NCBI GenBank assembly: GCA_963701965.1
Contig: OY969695.1
Coordinates: 4,864,001 to 4,928,000, forward strand
Length of the DNA stretch: 64,000 bases
DNA from: an uncultured Gemmatimonadales bacterium
GTDB lineage: Bacteria > Gemmatimonadota > Gemmatimonadetes > Gemmatimonadales > Gemmatimonadaceae
Direction of reading: 5' to 3'
Below the pieces are notes generated by a model. The model saw only the letters and a program-made list of their open reading frames with translations, did not search any database and was not told where the DNA came from. Shown here piece by piece: positions 21,960 to 31,239 of the stretch (its first letter is position 1; the number at the start of each line of letters is the position of its first letter). The position numbers and the translations under genes are program-made.

Positions 21960-22170
21960 TGCGACCTACCAGGGACATTGTGGGTTTCGCGTCAGATCCC
22001 GGTGGTGACGTACCGGTACCAAGATCACCAACCCGGCCTCGCGGCGCTTCGCGCCGCCGGCGTGCCTGGGTCGCTCTGATATGCGTCCGCCAGGTTGCCA
22101 CAACAGCAGGCGGTGCGACCTACCACGCGCGTTGTGGGTTTTACGTTAGATTCCGGTGGTGACGCACCGG
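21960..22170 (+). repeat. Imperfect 57-bp direct repeat (21960-22016 and 22114-22170) covering the folB promoter and start
   Basis: tgcgacctacca-gggaca-ttgtgggtttcgcgtcagatcccggtggtgacgtaccgg versus tgcgacctacca-cgcgcg-ttgtgggttttacgttagattccggtggtgacgcaccgg; 48 of 57 identical, ungapped. Confidence 0.9.
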
Positions 22171-22515
22171 CAGACGGTCACCCTTCGCAACATGCGGTTT
22201 CATGCCGTCATCGGCATTCTGCCGCACGAGATCGAGCTGCCACAGCCCGTCGAGATCGATCTCACCGTGTGGCGCGACGCGAACGGGTCGGCGGAGCCGA
22301 TCGACTATCGCCTGATGTACGACGCGGTGCACGCGGGGATCGGCGGCCCGGGTCGGGGCCCGTATCTCGAGGACGTGGCCGAGCGGGTGGCCGGTCTCGC
22401 GCTGGATCTGAGCGGCGTGGAGGGGGTGCGGGTCGCCGTGCGCAAGCCGCACGTGCCGCTGCCCGGCCCGTTGGACTACGCCGAGGTGGTCGTGGAGCGT
22501 CACGGCGATGCCTGA
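22156..22515 (+). CDS. folB: Dihydroneopterin aldolase
   Basis: FHAVIGILPHE, IDY, LEDVAERVA and VRKPHVP motifs; precedes folK. Confidence 0.88.
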   Translation: MVTHRQTVTLRNMRFHAVIGILPHEIELPQPVEIDLTVWRDANGSAEPIDYRLMYDAVHAGIGGPGRGPYLEDVAERVAGLALDLSGVEGVRVAVRKPHVPLPGPLDYAEVVVERHGDA

Positions 22516-22924
22516 GCTGGCGTTCGTGGCGCTGGGCTCGAACCTGGGCGACCGCGACGCCTACCTCGCCGCGGCGCGCCGCGCGCTGGCGGCCTTGGAT
22601 GGGACGCGCCTCGTCGCCGAGAGCGACGTCGAAGAGACCGCGCCCATAGGCCCCGACGGCCAGAGGCCCTATCTCAACCAGATGGTCGCCCTGGAGACCA
22701 CCCTGACGCCACACGCCCTGCTCACCCAACTGCAGGCGATCGAACGCGCCAACGGTCGCGTGCGCGCCGAGCACTGGGGTCCGCGGACCCTCGACCTCGA
22801 CATCGTCCGCTTCGGCGAGCGGACGATTCGCGACCCCGATCTCGTCGTCCCTCACCCGGAGCTTCCCCATCGCGACTTCTGGCAGCGCGAGCTGTCCCAG
22901 TTGCGCGCCGGGACCGCGCCATGA
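22508..22924 (+). CDS. folK: 2-amino-4-hydroxy-6-hydroxymethyldihydropteridine diphosphokinase
   Basis: VALGSNLGDR, YLNQ, WGPRTLDLDI and VPHP motifs. Confidence 0.96.
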   Translation: MPELAFVALGSNLGDRDAYLAAARRALAALDGTRLVAESDVEETAPIGPDGQRPYLNQMVALETTLTPHALLTQLQAIERANGRVRAEHWGPRTLDLDIVRFGERTIRDPDLVVPHPELPHRDFWQRELSQLRAGTAP

Positions 22925-23766
22925 GTATCCATTCGTCTCCCCCCTCGCCCGCACTGAACGGCCGTGCGACCCGCACCACGGTCGCCGCTTTCGTGGGCAA
23001 ACGCGCCCGCGGCGAGCGGTTGGTGGTCGTGACCGCCTACGACGCGATGTTCGCCCGCCTGGTCGATGAAGCGGATGTCGACGCGATTCTCGTCGGCGAC
23101 TCGGTGGGTAACGTCGTCGCCGGGTTCGACAGCACGATCCCGGTGACGCTCGACCAGATGATCTACCACGCCTCGGCCGTCCGCCGCGGCTCGTCGCGGG
23201 CGCTCCTGATCGTCGACATGCCGTTTCTCACCTACCAGGTGACCATCGAGCGCGCCTTGTTGAACTGCGGCCGCGTGGTGCAGGAGACCGGCGCCCAGGC
23301 CCTCAAGATCGAGGGCCACTCGCCGGAGATCATCGCGACGGTCGAAGCGCTGGTGCGCGTCGGCATTCCCATCATGGCCCACATCGGCTACACCCCGCAG
23401 TCGGTGAACGCGCTGAGCGGCCCCCGGGTCCAAGCGCGCCAGGCCAATGCGGCGACGCGCCTGGTCGACGCGGCAAAACGGCTGGAGGAGGCGGGCGCCT
23501 TTTCGGTCCTCATCGAGTTGGTGCCCGCCGACGTCGCCGCCCGGATCACCGAAGCGGTCAGCGTGCCGACGATCGGCATCGGCGCCGGCCCGGAGTGCTC
23601 GGGCCAGGTGCTCGTGCTGCACGATCTGTTGGGACTCAACGACGCGTTCACGCCGCGATTCCTCAAACGGTACGCGACGATGGCCGACGACGTGCGGGGC
23701 GCCATTCGGGCCTTTGGCGCCGACGTGCGATCCGGCGCGTACCCGGACTCCGCCCACAGCTTCTGA
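22921..23766 (+). CDS. panB: 3-methyl-2-oxobutanoate hydroxymethyltransferase
   Basis: TAYD, ILVGDS, DMPFLTY, KIEG, AHIGYTPQ, IGIGAG and GQVLVLHDLLG motifs. Confidence 0.97.
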   Translation: MSIHSSPPSPALNGRATRTTVAAFVGKRARGERLVVVTAYDAMFARLVDEADVDAILVGDSVGNVVAGFDSTIPVTLDQMIYHASAVRRGSSRALLIVDMPFLTYQVTIERALLNCGRVVQETGAQALKIEGHSPEIIATVEALVRVGIPIMAHIGYTPQSVNALSGPRVQARQANAATRLVDAAKRLEEAGAFSVLIELVPADVAARITEAVSVPTIGIGAGPECSGQVLVLHDLLGLNDAFTPRFLKRYATMADDVRGAIRAFGADVRSGAYPDSAHSF

Positions 23767-23776
23767 TCCCGATCGC

Positions 23777-24622
23777 GTGGACGTCCTGACCCGCGTCGCC
23801 GAACTGCGCGCGGTGTTGGCCGCGGCGCGCGCGCGCGGCGCATCGGTCGGATTCGTTCCGACCATGGGCAGCCTGCACGCCGGTCATCTGTCGCTCATCG
23901 ACGCCGCCCGCGCCGCCACGTCGGGCGTGGTCATGAGTCTCTTCGTGAATCCGTTGCAGTTCGCGCCCACCGAGGACTTCGGGGCCTATCCCCGCGACGC
24001 CGACGGCGATCGCGCCAAGGCCGCGGCGCGGGGCGTCGACTGGCTGTTCGCGCCCGTCCCCGAGGAGATGTATCCCGCCAGGCGCGGCATTCCCGTGCGC
24101 GTGACGCCGGAGCTCGTGCCGCCGCGCTGGGAGGCGGCGAGCCGCCCCGGGCACTTCGAGGGTGTGCTCACCGTCGTTGCCAAGCTGTTCAACATGGTGC
24201 GGCCCGACGTCGCCGTCTTTGGCCAAAAGGACATCCAGCAGGTGAGCATGGTGCGCGCAATGGTGCGCGCATTGGACTTTCCCGTGGAGCTGATCGTGGC
24301 CCCCATTGTTCGGGAACCCGACGGGCTGGCGATGTCCAGCCGCAACATTTATCTCAGCGCCGACGAGCGCGCGCGCGCCCTGGTGCTCTCCCGGTCGTTG
24401 CGCGCGGCGCGCGACGCGTGGCAGGCTGGCGAGCGCCGCGGGCCGGAGCTCGAGGACATTGGTCGCCGCGTGCTCGCCGAGACGCCGGGCCTGGCGCTCG
24501 ACTATTTCGCGGTCGTCGAGCCCGACCGCCTCGATCCGGCGCCGGTCGCCGAGGCTGGGTCGATCATCATGGTCACCGCGCGCGTCGGGCGCACGCGGCT
24601 CCTGGACAACGTGATCCTGTGA
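23777..24622 (+). CDS. panC: Pantoate--beta-alanine ligase
   Basis: FVPTMGSLHAGH, FVNPLQF, RPGHFEGV, FGQKDIQQ, GLAMSSRN and RLLDN motifs. Confidence 0.97.
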   Translation: MDVLTRVAELRAVLAAARARGASVGFVPTMGSLHAGHLSLIDAARAATSGVVMSLFVNPLQFAPTEDFGAYPRDADGDRAKAAARGVDWLFAPVPEEMYPARRGIPVRVTPELVPPRWEAASRPGHFEGVLTVVAKLFNMVRPDVAVFGQKDIQQVSMVRAMVRALDFPVELIVAPIVREPDGLAMSSRNIYLSADERARALVLSRSLRAARDAWQAGERRGPELEDIGRRVLAETPGLALDYFAVVEPDRLDPAPVAEAGSIIMVTARVGRTRLLDNVIL

Positions 24623-25167
24623 GTCCCCGTACCGCGATCAACTTGCCGTCGTGGGCCCAGGCCAGCGACAAGCGGCGCCAGCACATTGCGCGCGTCACGG
24701 CCCTGCTCGAGGACTGGGCGGAGGCGCTCGACGTCGAGAAAGCGGAACGCAAAGCGTGGTGCGACGCGGGACGCTTTCACGATGCGCTCCGCGATGCGCC
24801 GGACAGCCTGCTCCGGAAGCTGGCCCGGAACACGAAGATCGGAGAGGTGAACGTGTTGCACGGCCCGGCGGCGGCCGCGCGGCTGGTCGCCGGCGGCGAA
24901 ACGCGCCGGTCGGTCATCGAGGCCGTGCGATGGCACACCCTGGGGTGGGCCCGTTGGGACCGCGTCGGCCGCGCGCTGTACATGGCCGATTTCCTGGAGC
25001 CCGGGCGATCCTTCGCCAGCGCCGATCGCGCGTACCTGGCGCAACAAGTGCCGCACGATTTCAACGGGACTTTCCGGCAAGTGGTCCGGCTCCGGTTGGA
25101 GTGGACCCTTCGCGATGGCAAGGCCATTCACGTGCAGACCGCGGCGCTGTGGAACTCCGTTCGCTGA
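24619..25167 (+). CDS. HD-domain hydrolase, YqeK-like (putative Ap4A hydrolase)
   Basis: RQHIARV, FHDA, LHGPAAA, RWHTLG and YMADFLEPGR motifs. Confidence 0.8.
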   Translation: MSPRTAINLPSWAQASDKRRQHIARVTALLEDWAEALDVEKAERKAWCDAGRFHDALRDAPDSLLRKLARNTKIGEVNVLHGPAAAARLVAGGETRRSVIEAVRWHTLGWARWDRVGRALYMADFLEPGRSFASADRAYLAQQVPHDFNGTFRQVVRLRLEWTLRDGKAIHVQTAALWNSVR

Positions 25168-25559
25168 TCGCCGTGGCCTTCTTGGCCTGCGCCGCCGGCG
25201 CGTGCCGCAAAGCGGTGTCCGGCTCGCCGCGCCAGGCGGCGAGCGGCGTCATTGTCGCCCCGACCGAGCGGGTGCGCGTCGAAGTGCTCAACGCGACACA
25301 CGTGCACGGGCTGGCCCGCCGCGCGACGCGGTATCTCCGTGATCGTGGTTTCGATGTCGTGTCGTCCGGAACGACGAAAGAGCAGCGCGACACGACGCTG
25401 GTGCTGGATCGGGCGAACCACCCCGTGTGGGCGGGCCGCGTGGCGCGCGCCTTCGGTGGTGCGCGCGTCGAGTCGCGTCCCGATACGCTACGCTACGTGG
25501 ACGTCACGGTCTTGCTCGGCGCCACGTGGCGCCCGCCGGCCGAGCCGTTCTACCCGTAA
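25149..25559 (+). CDS. LytR C-terminal domain lipoprotein
   Basis: Lipobox-like AGAC; VRVEVLNATHVHGLA...LRDRGFDVV...VDVTVLLG pattern; start uncertain. Confidence 0.75.
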   Translation: MELRSLIAVAFLACAAGACRKAVSGSPRQAASGVIVAPTERVRVEVLNATHVHGLARRATRYLRDRGFDVVSSGTTKEQRDTTLVLDRANHPVWAGRVARAFGGARVESRPDTLRYVDVTVLLGATWRPPAEPFYP

Positions 25560-26561
25560 CTGCCCGCACGCGGCGCTAATGTCGACGCCGCGACTCTTCC
25601 GTAACGCGACCTCGACGCCGGCGCGGCGCAGTGCGCCGGCAAACGCGGTCGTCGCCGCCGCCGAGCTCGGTGTGAAACCAAGCGCGCCACCGGGGTGGAG
25701 CGGAATCAGATTGACGAACGCGCCGCAAGCGCGCGCCAGCCGGGCCAGCTGCGCGGCTTCGCCGGGGCGATCGTTGACCCCGCCCAGCAGCACGTACTCG
25801 AACGTGACGCGCCGCGTGAACGAGCGCGCCGCCGCGATGACGTCGGCCAGCGGGTACTTGGTATTGATCGGCATGAGCTCCCGCCGCAGCGCATCCGTTG
25901 GCGCGTGGATCGAGAGGGCGAGACGGAACTGTTCGGTTCGTTGGGCTAGCGCCTCGATCCCCGGCAAGATGCCGACGGTCGACACCGTGATGTGGCGCGC
26001 CCCGATGCCCAGCGCGCCCGGGTCGTTCAGGAGCGACAGGGCGGTGTCGACCGCCGGCCAATTCATGAGCGGCTCACCCATGCCCATGAACACGATATTG
26101 GTCGGCCGCATCGGCGGGTCCAGCAGCAGCATCTCGCGCACTTGCCCCGCGATCTCGAACGGCCGCAGGTTGCGCGCGAATCCCATCGCGCCGGTCGCGC
26201 AGAACGCGCACTGGAGCGCACATCCGGCCTGTGACGAGATGCACAACGTGAGGCGATTGCCCTCGGGAATCGCGACGGATTCGATCCCCTCGCCATCGGC
26301 CAGCCGAAACAGGAACTTCTCCGTGCCGTCCGCCGAGCGTTGGCGCGCGGCCAGCGCCAGTCGGGGCATCTCGAACGCCGCGTCGAGTGCCGAGCGGAGC
26401 CCAACCGGCAGCTCCGTCATAGCGGGAAACGACGGCGCGGGGTTACGCCACAGGCGATCCGCGACCTGTCGGGCGCGGTACTGCGGCTCGCCCGCGTCGC
26501 GCATGAAGCGCGCAAGCCGGCGCTCGGCTTCCTCGCGTGGCAGGTCGAGTAGGTTGTCCAT
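25488..26561 (-). CDS. rlmN: 23S rRNA (adenine2503-C2) methyltransferase, radical SAM
   Basis: CISSQAGCALQCAFC, FMGMGEPL, TVSTVG, FEYVLL, VNLIP and DISAACGQL motifs. Confidence 0.96.
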   Translation of the reverse strand: MDNLLDLPREEAERRLARFMRDAGEPQYRARQVADRLWRNPAPSFPAMTELPVGLRSALDAAFEMPRLALAARQRSADGTEKFLFRLADGEGIESVAIPEGNRLTLCISSQAGCALQCAFCATGAMGFARNLRPFEIAGQVREMLLLDPPMRPTNIVFMGMGEPLMNWPAVDTALSLLNDPGALGIGARHITVSTVGILPGIEALAQRTEQFRLALSIHAPTDALRRELMPINTKYPLADVIAAARSFTRRVTFEYVLLGGVNDRPGEAAQLARLARACGAFVNLIPLHPGGALGFTPSSAAATTAFAGALRRAGVEVALRKSRGVDISAACGQLRVERLGRRAPRGAEQDRDVHVA

Positions 26562-26621
26562 GGGTCCCAGGCGGTTAGGTTTCGGTATCTGGATGAAGAC
26601 TAACCGACCAGTTGGGGGGAC

Positions 26622-28400
26622 GTGACGCCAGCGTCCACTGCCCCCGCCGCCACCGCGCTGCGCACGCATTACTGCGGCGCTCTGCGCGCGACAGACGCAG
26701 GCCGGACTGTTCGCCTCGGTGGCTGGGTACATCGCTCCCGCGACCTGGGCGGCATCGTATTCATTGATCTCCGGGACCGCACGGGATTGGTCCAGATCTC
26801 GTTCGATCCGCGTTGGACGCCTCCGGAGGTGCTCGCCGCGGCGGGGTCGGTTGGTGTCGAAAGCACCGTGTTGATCGAAGGCACGGTAGCCGAGCGTCCC
26901 GCGGCCGCCCGCAACGCCGATCTCGCCTCGGGTGACGTCGAGGTGCGGGCGACCGCGCTGCGCGTCGTCGGGCCCGCCCTCACACCGGCGATTCCGGTGG
27001 CCCGCGGCAAAGGGGAGCAGCTGCCCGCCGAGGAGCTCCGGTTGCGCAACCGCTACCTGGATCTCCGCCGGCCCGAGCTTCAGGCCAATCTCATCATGCG
27101 GCATCGCCTGATGCAGGCGACGCGGCGCCATCTCACGGATAACGGCTATCTGGAGATCGAGACGCCGATCCTGACGCGGCCGACGCCGGAAGGGGCCCGC
27201 GACTATCTCGTGCCCAGTCGGGTGCACCCCGGCGAGTTCTACGCGCTGCCGCAGTCGCCGCAGCTGTACAAGCAGCTGCTGATGGTCTCGGGATTCGACC
27301 GCTACTTCCAGATCGCGCGGTGCTTCCGGGACGAGGATCTGCGGGCGGACCGCCAGCCCGAGTTCACGCAGATCGACATCGAGGCATCGTTCGTCGAGCG
27401 GGATGACATCCTCGCGCTCGCCGAGGGATTGTTGGGCGCGGTCTTTCAGGAAGGCGGTGTGACCGTTCCGCGGCCGTTTCGCCGGATGTCCTACGCCGAC
27501 GCCATGGAGCGCTACGGCTCCGACCGTCCCGACTTGCGTTACGACTTCGAGTTGTTCGACGCCAGTGATGTCTTCCGGGAAACCGAGTTCACGATCGCGC
27601 GCGCGGCGTTGTCGCGCGGCGGCCGGGTGCGGGGCCTGCGCATTCCCGGTGGTGGGACGCTCTCCCGGAAGCAGGTCGATGAGCTGGAGGCACTGGCCAA
27701 GGGCGCCGGCGCGGGTGGACTCGTACGTCTCAAGCGCGCGGCGAACGGGCTGGAGGGACCAGCGGCCAAGTTCCTGAGCGACGGCGCCGCGGAACGCCTC
27801 GGGCTCGCCGACGGGGATCTCGCGCTCCTGGTCGCCGACCGCGACGAGGTCACGAGCCCGGCGCTCGATCGGGTCCGGCAAGAGGTCGCCCGACGCTTGG
27901 GCGCGATTCCGGGCGACACCCGGGAGTTCCTGTGGGTGCTCGACTTCCCAATGTTCGAGTGCGATCCACAGACCCGGCAGCTCTCCGCCATGCATCATCC
28001 TTTCACGATGCCTCACCCGGACGACCTGGCGTTGCTGGAAACGGCGCCGGAACGGGTGCGCGCGGTCGCCTACGATGCCGTGCTCAACGGCACGGAGCTC
28101 GGTGGCGGCAGCATCCGGATCAGCGACCCCGCGGTCCAACAGCGCGTGTTCGCGCAGTTGGGGATCGACGAAGCGACGGCGGACGCCCGATTTGGTTTCC
28201 TGCTGGAGGGGCTGCGGGGCGGCGCGCCGCCGCACGGTGGCATCGCGTTCGGATTCGACCGCATCGCGATGATGCTTGCGGGCGCCGGCTCGTTGCGAGA
28301 CGTCATCGCGTTTCCCAAGACGACCGCGGCGCGGGCGCTGTTCGAGGGCGCGCCGTCATCGGTGCCGGCCGCTGATCTCGAGGCGCTGCACCTCCGGTGA
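26622..28400 (+). CDS. aspS: Aspartate--tRNA ligase
   Basis: RTHYCG, FIDLRD, TPEGARDY, LPQSPQLYKQ, CFRDEDLRADRQPEFTQ, HHPFT, ELGGGSIR and PPHGGIAFGFDR motifs. Confidence 0.98.
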   Translation: MTPASTAPAATALRTHYCGALRATDAGRTVRLGGWVHRSRDLGGIVFIDLRDRTGLVQISFDPRWTPPEVLAAAGSVGVESTVLIEGTVAERPAAARNADLASGDVEVRATALRVVGPALTPAIPVARGKGEQLPAEELRLRNRYLDLRRPELQANLIMRHRLMQATRRHLTDNGYLEIETPILTRPTPEGARDYLVPSRVHPGEFYALPQSPQLYKQLLMVSGFDRYFQIARCFRDEDLRADRQPEFTQIDIEASFVERDDILALAEGLLGAVFQEGGVTVPRPFRRMSYADAMERYGSDRPDLRYDFELFDASDVFRETEFTIARAALSRGGRVRGLRIPGGGTLSRKQVDELEALAKGAGAGGLVRLKRAANGLEGPAAKFLSDGAAERLGLADGDLALLVADRDEVTSPALDRVRQEVARRLGAIPGDTREFLWVLDFPMFECDPQTRQLSAMHHPFTMPHPDDLALLETAPERVRAVAYDAVLNGTELGGGSIRISDPAVQQRVFAQLGIDEATADARFGFLLEGLRGGAPPHGGIAFGFDRIAMMLAGAGSLRDVIAFPKTTAARALFEGAPSSVPAADLEALHLR

Positions 28401-29356
28401 CGGACACCGTCGTCACCCAGCGGCTCTCGACCGAAGGCGCCGACCTGCTGACGCTGGCGGGCGTCAACGACGCGAACCTGGTGGAGCTGGCCCGGCTATC
28501 GGGTGCGAAGGTGGCGCTGCGCGGCGAGGCGCTGTCGCTCACCGGCTCCGGCGAACACGTGGATCGCGCGGCCGTCGTTGCCACCCGCATGATCGAGGCG
28601 GCACGCCAGCGGGTCGCCGTGACGCCCGATGATGTCATGCGGATGCACTCCGACGAGTGGCAGACCGCGACCGGCGCCGCGACGACGGATGGCGCGCGCA
28701 TCGCCCTGCCCGGGGTGCGCAAGGTCATTCAGCCCAAGACGCCGGGCCAGGCCGAGTACCTGCAGCAGATCACCGACAATGACATCGTCGTCGGCGTCGG
28801 GCCGGCCGGCACGGGCAAGACCTATCTCGCCGTGGCCGCCGCGGTCGACGCGTTGGTGCGGAAGCGTGTGCGCCGCATCGTGCTGGCGCGGCCCGCGGTC
28901 GAGGCAGGGGAGAGTCTCGGCTTTCTCCCCGGGGACATGCAGGCGAAAGTGGATCCGTACCTGCGCCCACTCTACGACGCGCTCGACGAAATGATGCCCG
29001 CGGAACGCGTGCAGCGCGCGCTGGAGACGCGGACGATCGAGATCGCGCCGCTGGCCTTCATGCGCGGGCGTACCCTCGGCGACGCCTTCGTCATCCTCGA
29101 TGAAGCGCAGAACGCGACCAACCTGCAGATGAAGATGTTCCTGACGCGCCTCGGCGTGAACTCGAAAATCGTCATCACCGGCGACAAAACCCAGATCGAC
29201 TTGCCGAAGCGCGAGGAGTCAGGCTTGATCCAGGTCGAGCGCATCCTGCGCGGCATCGAGGGGATCGCGTTCCATTATTTCACGGACGCCGATGTCGTCC
29301 GCCACCGCCTCGTGCGCGATATCATCAAAGCGTACGCCGGCGACGAGGGCGCCTGA
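28397..29356 (+). CDS. PhoH-family ATPase (YbeZ-like)
   Basis: GPAGTGKT, RPAVEAGE, LGFLPG, MRGRT, ILDEAQN, MFLTRLG and DVVRH motifs. Confidence 0.94.
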   Translation: MTDTVVTQRLSTEGADLLTLAGVNDANLVELARLSGAKVALRGEALSLTGSGEHVDRAAVVATRMIEAARQRVAVTPDDVMRMHSDEWQTATGAATTDGARIALPGVRKVIQPKTPGQAEYLQQITDNDIVVGVGPAGTGKTYLAVAAAVDALVRKRVRRIVLARPAVEAGESLGFLPGDMQAKVDPYLRPLYDALDEMMPAERVQRALETRTIEIAPLAFMRGRTLGDAFVILDEAQNATNLQMKMFLTRLGVNSKIVITGDKTQIDLPKREESGLIQVERILRGIEGIAFHYFTDADVVRHRLVRDIIKAYAGDEGA

Positions 29357-29359
29357 CCC

Positions 29360-30817
29360 GTGAATCTCTGGCGGCAATTCGACTGGATCGCGCCCAGCGC
29401 GGGGATCAGGCGCCAGGTCATCGGCGTGTTGATCCGCGCGGCTATTCTGGCCGCGCTCAGCCTGGCGACCCTCTTCATGTTCGCCGGCGGGGACCATCAT
29501 GCGCACAACGCCACGCACATGATCGGGCACTTCCTGTCGAACCTGTTGGTGTTGTCGGTGTTCGCCGGAACGCTCGCCCTGTATCGGCCGCAGCTGTACC
29601 AGTCGCTGCGGGCCATCGGCCTGTTCGCGCTGCTGTTCCTGGCCGTCCTCGGGGTCGCCGCCGCCGTTTCCCGCTCCGAGACGCCCCACGTCGAGCTGAT
29701 CCCGGTCGCCGTGGTGGGCATCTTGTTGAGTGTCTTGTTCGACCCCCGGGTGAGCGTGTTCGCCGCGATGGTGCTCGCCATCCTGATCGATCTCCAGCCG
29801 GCGTACGCGGGAACGGACGCGCCGTTCATTCTCCTGGTCGGCGGTGTCGCCGCGGCGTTCAGCGTCCGCGTCATCCGCCGGCGGGATCAAGCGTACTACT
29901 CGATTCTGGTGACGGCCGCGGCGTACGCGCTGGCCGAGGTGGCGATCGGGCTCACGGTCGGATGGTCGGCCCGGCAGCTGTGGTGGGGCGTGGGCTTCGG
30001 AATCGTGAATGCCGTCGTGTCCGTGGCGCTGGCGCTGATGCTCTTGCCGACGCTCGAAGAGCTGACGGGAGTCGACACGTATCTCAAGTTGCTCGAATGG
30101 TCGGATCTCAATCGGCCACTCATGCAGCGGCTCTCGGTCGAGGCGCCCGGCACGTTCGCGCACAGCATGCGGTTGGCCAACCTGGCCGAAGCGGCCTGCA
30201 ACGCCATCGGTGCCAACGGACTCCTGTCGCGGGTGGGCGCCTACTACCACGACATCGGCAAGCTCAAGAAGCCCGAGTACTTCGTCGAGAATCAGCCGCG
30301 CGGGCGCAATCCACACGACAAGCTCAAGCCGGCCACCAGTGCGGCGATCATCCGGAACCACGTGCGGGAGGGCCTGGAGCTGGCCTCGGAGAACAGTCTC
30401 CCGGCGGCCATCAAGGCATTCATCACCGAACACCACGGCACGGCGCCGATCACGTATTTTCTGGAGAAGGCCAAGGAGCGCGATGGCGCGCCGGCCAACC
30501 CGGCCGAGTTCGCGTATCCGGGCCCGATTCCGCAGTCGGCCGAGACTGCTATCTGCATGCTCGGGGATGGGATCGAAGCGTCCGCGCACGTGTTGCACGA
30601 TCCGACACCCGCCAAGATCCGGGACGTGGTCGACCACATCGTGCGCCAGCGCATCGACCAGGGGCAATTGCGGGAGGCGCCGTTGACGCTCAAGCAGCTC
30701 GAGGTCATCAAAGAGCAGTTCGCCCGCGTGTTGGTCGGGATGTACCACCACCGGATCGACTATCCAGCCACCGGTGGCGGGGTCACATCCGAGTTCGCGG
30801 CCACGGTCGCCCGCTGA
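29360..30817 (+). CDS. 7TM-HD (HDIG) phosphohydrolase, PgpH-like
   Basis: Multi-pass N-terminal half; APGTFAHS, YYHDIGK, YFVENQ, NPHD, HHGT and YPGPIPQSAE motifs. Confidence 0.9.
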   Translation: MNLWRQFDWIAPSAGIRRQVIGVLIRAAILAALSLATLFMFAGGDHHAHNATHMIGHFLSNLLVLSVFAGTLALYRPQLYQSLRAIGLFALLFLAVLGVAAAVSRSETPHVELIPVAVVGILLSVLFDPRVSVFAAMVLAILIDLQPAYAGTDAPFILLVGGVAAAFSVRVIRRRDQAYYSILVTAAAYALAEVAIGLTVGWSARQLWWGVGFGIVNAVVSVALALMLLPTLEELTGVDTYLKLLEWSDLNRPLMQRLSVEAPGTFAHSMRLANLAEAACNAIGANGLLSRVGAYYHDIGKLKKPEYFVENQPRGRNPHDKLKPATSAAIIRNHVREGLELASENSLPAAIKAFITEHHGTAPITYFLEKAKERDGAPANPAEFAYPGPIPQSAETAICMLGDGIEASAHVLHDPTPAKIRDVVDHIVRQRIDQGQLREAPLTLKQLEVIKEQFARVLVGMYHHRIDYPATGGGVTSEFAATVAR

Positions 30818-31239
30818 TGCTCTCGGTGTCGGTGTCGACCAATGGGACCCGGATTCCCGTCGCCCGTGAGCGCGTGAGCGCCATCGCCCGGGCGGTGCTC
30901 CGCGCCGAGCGCGTGACGGACGCCATGGTGTCGATCGCATTCGTGACGTCCCAGGCCATGGCCAAGCTCAATCGCCGTTTCCTGGGCCATCGGGGCCCCA
31001 CCAATGTCATCGCGTTCGCGTTCGGCTCGCCCACGATCGGTGATATCTACATCTGTCCCGACGTCGCCCGCCGCAATGCGCACCGGTTCGGCGTGGGAAT
31101 GCGCGAGGAGTTGGTGCGCCTCGTGATCCACGGTGTGCTCCACGTGGTCGGCCATGACCATCCCAATGGCGAGGCCCGCACGGCATCGCCCATGTGGCGT
31201 CGCCAGGAGCGGCTGGTGGGCCGTCTCCGCTCGGCATGA
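30817..31239 (+). CDS. ybeY: rRNA maturation RNase YbeY
   Basis: LNRRFLG...PTNVIAF, GDIYIC and the Zn motif HGVLHVVGHDH. Confidence 0.93.
   Translation: MLSVSVSTNGTRIPVARERVSAIARAVLRAERVTDAMVSIAFVTSQAMAKLNRRFLGHRGPTNVIAFAFGSPTIGDIYICPDVARRNAHRFGVGMREELVRLVIHGVLHVVGHDHPNGEARTASPMWRRQERLVGRLRSA

Noticed and set aside
21831..22155. THF or ZTP riboswitch upstream of folB
   Set aside because: Only a GCCTGGG fragment and generic GC hairpins are present; I could not find the conserved aptamer elements. A cmscan would settle it.
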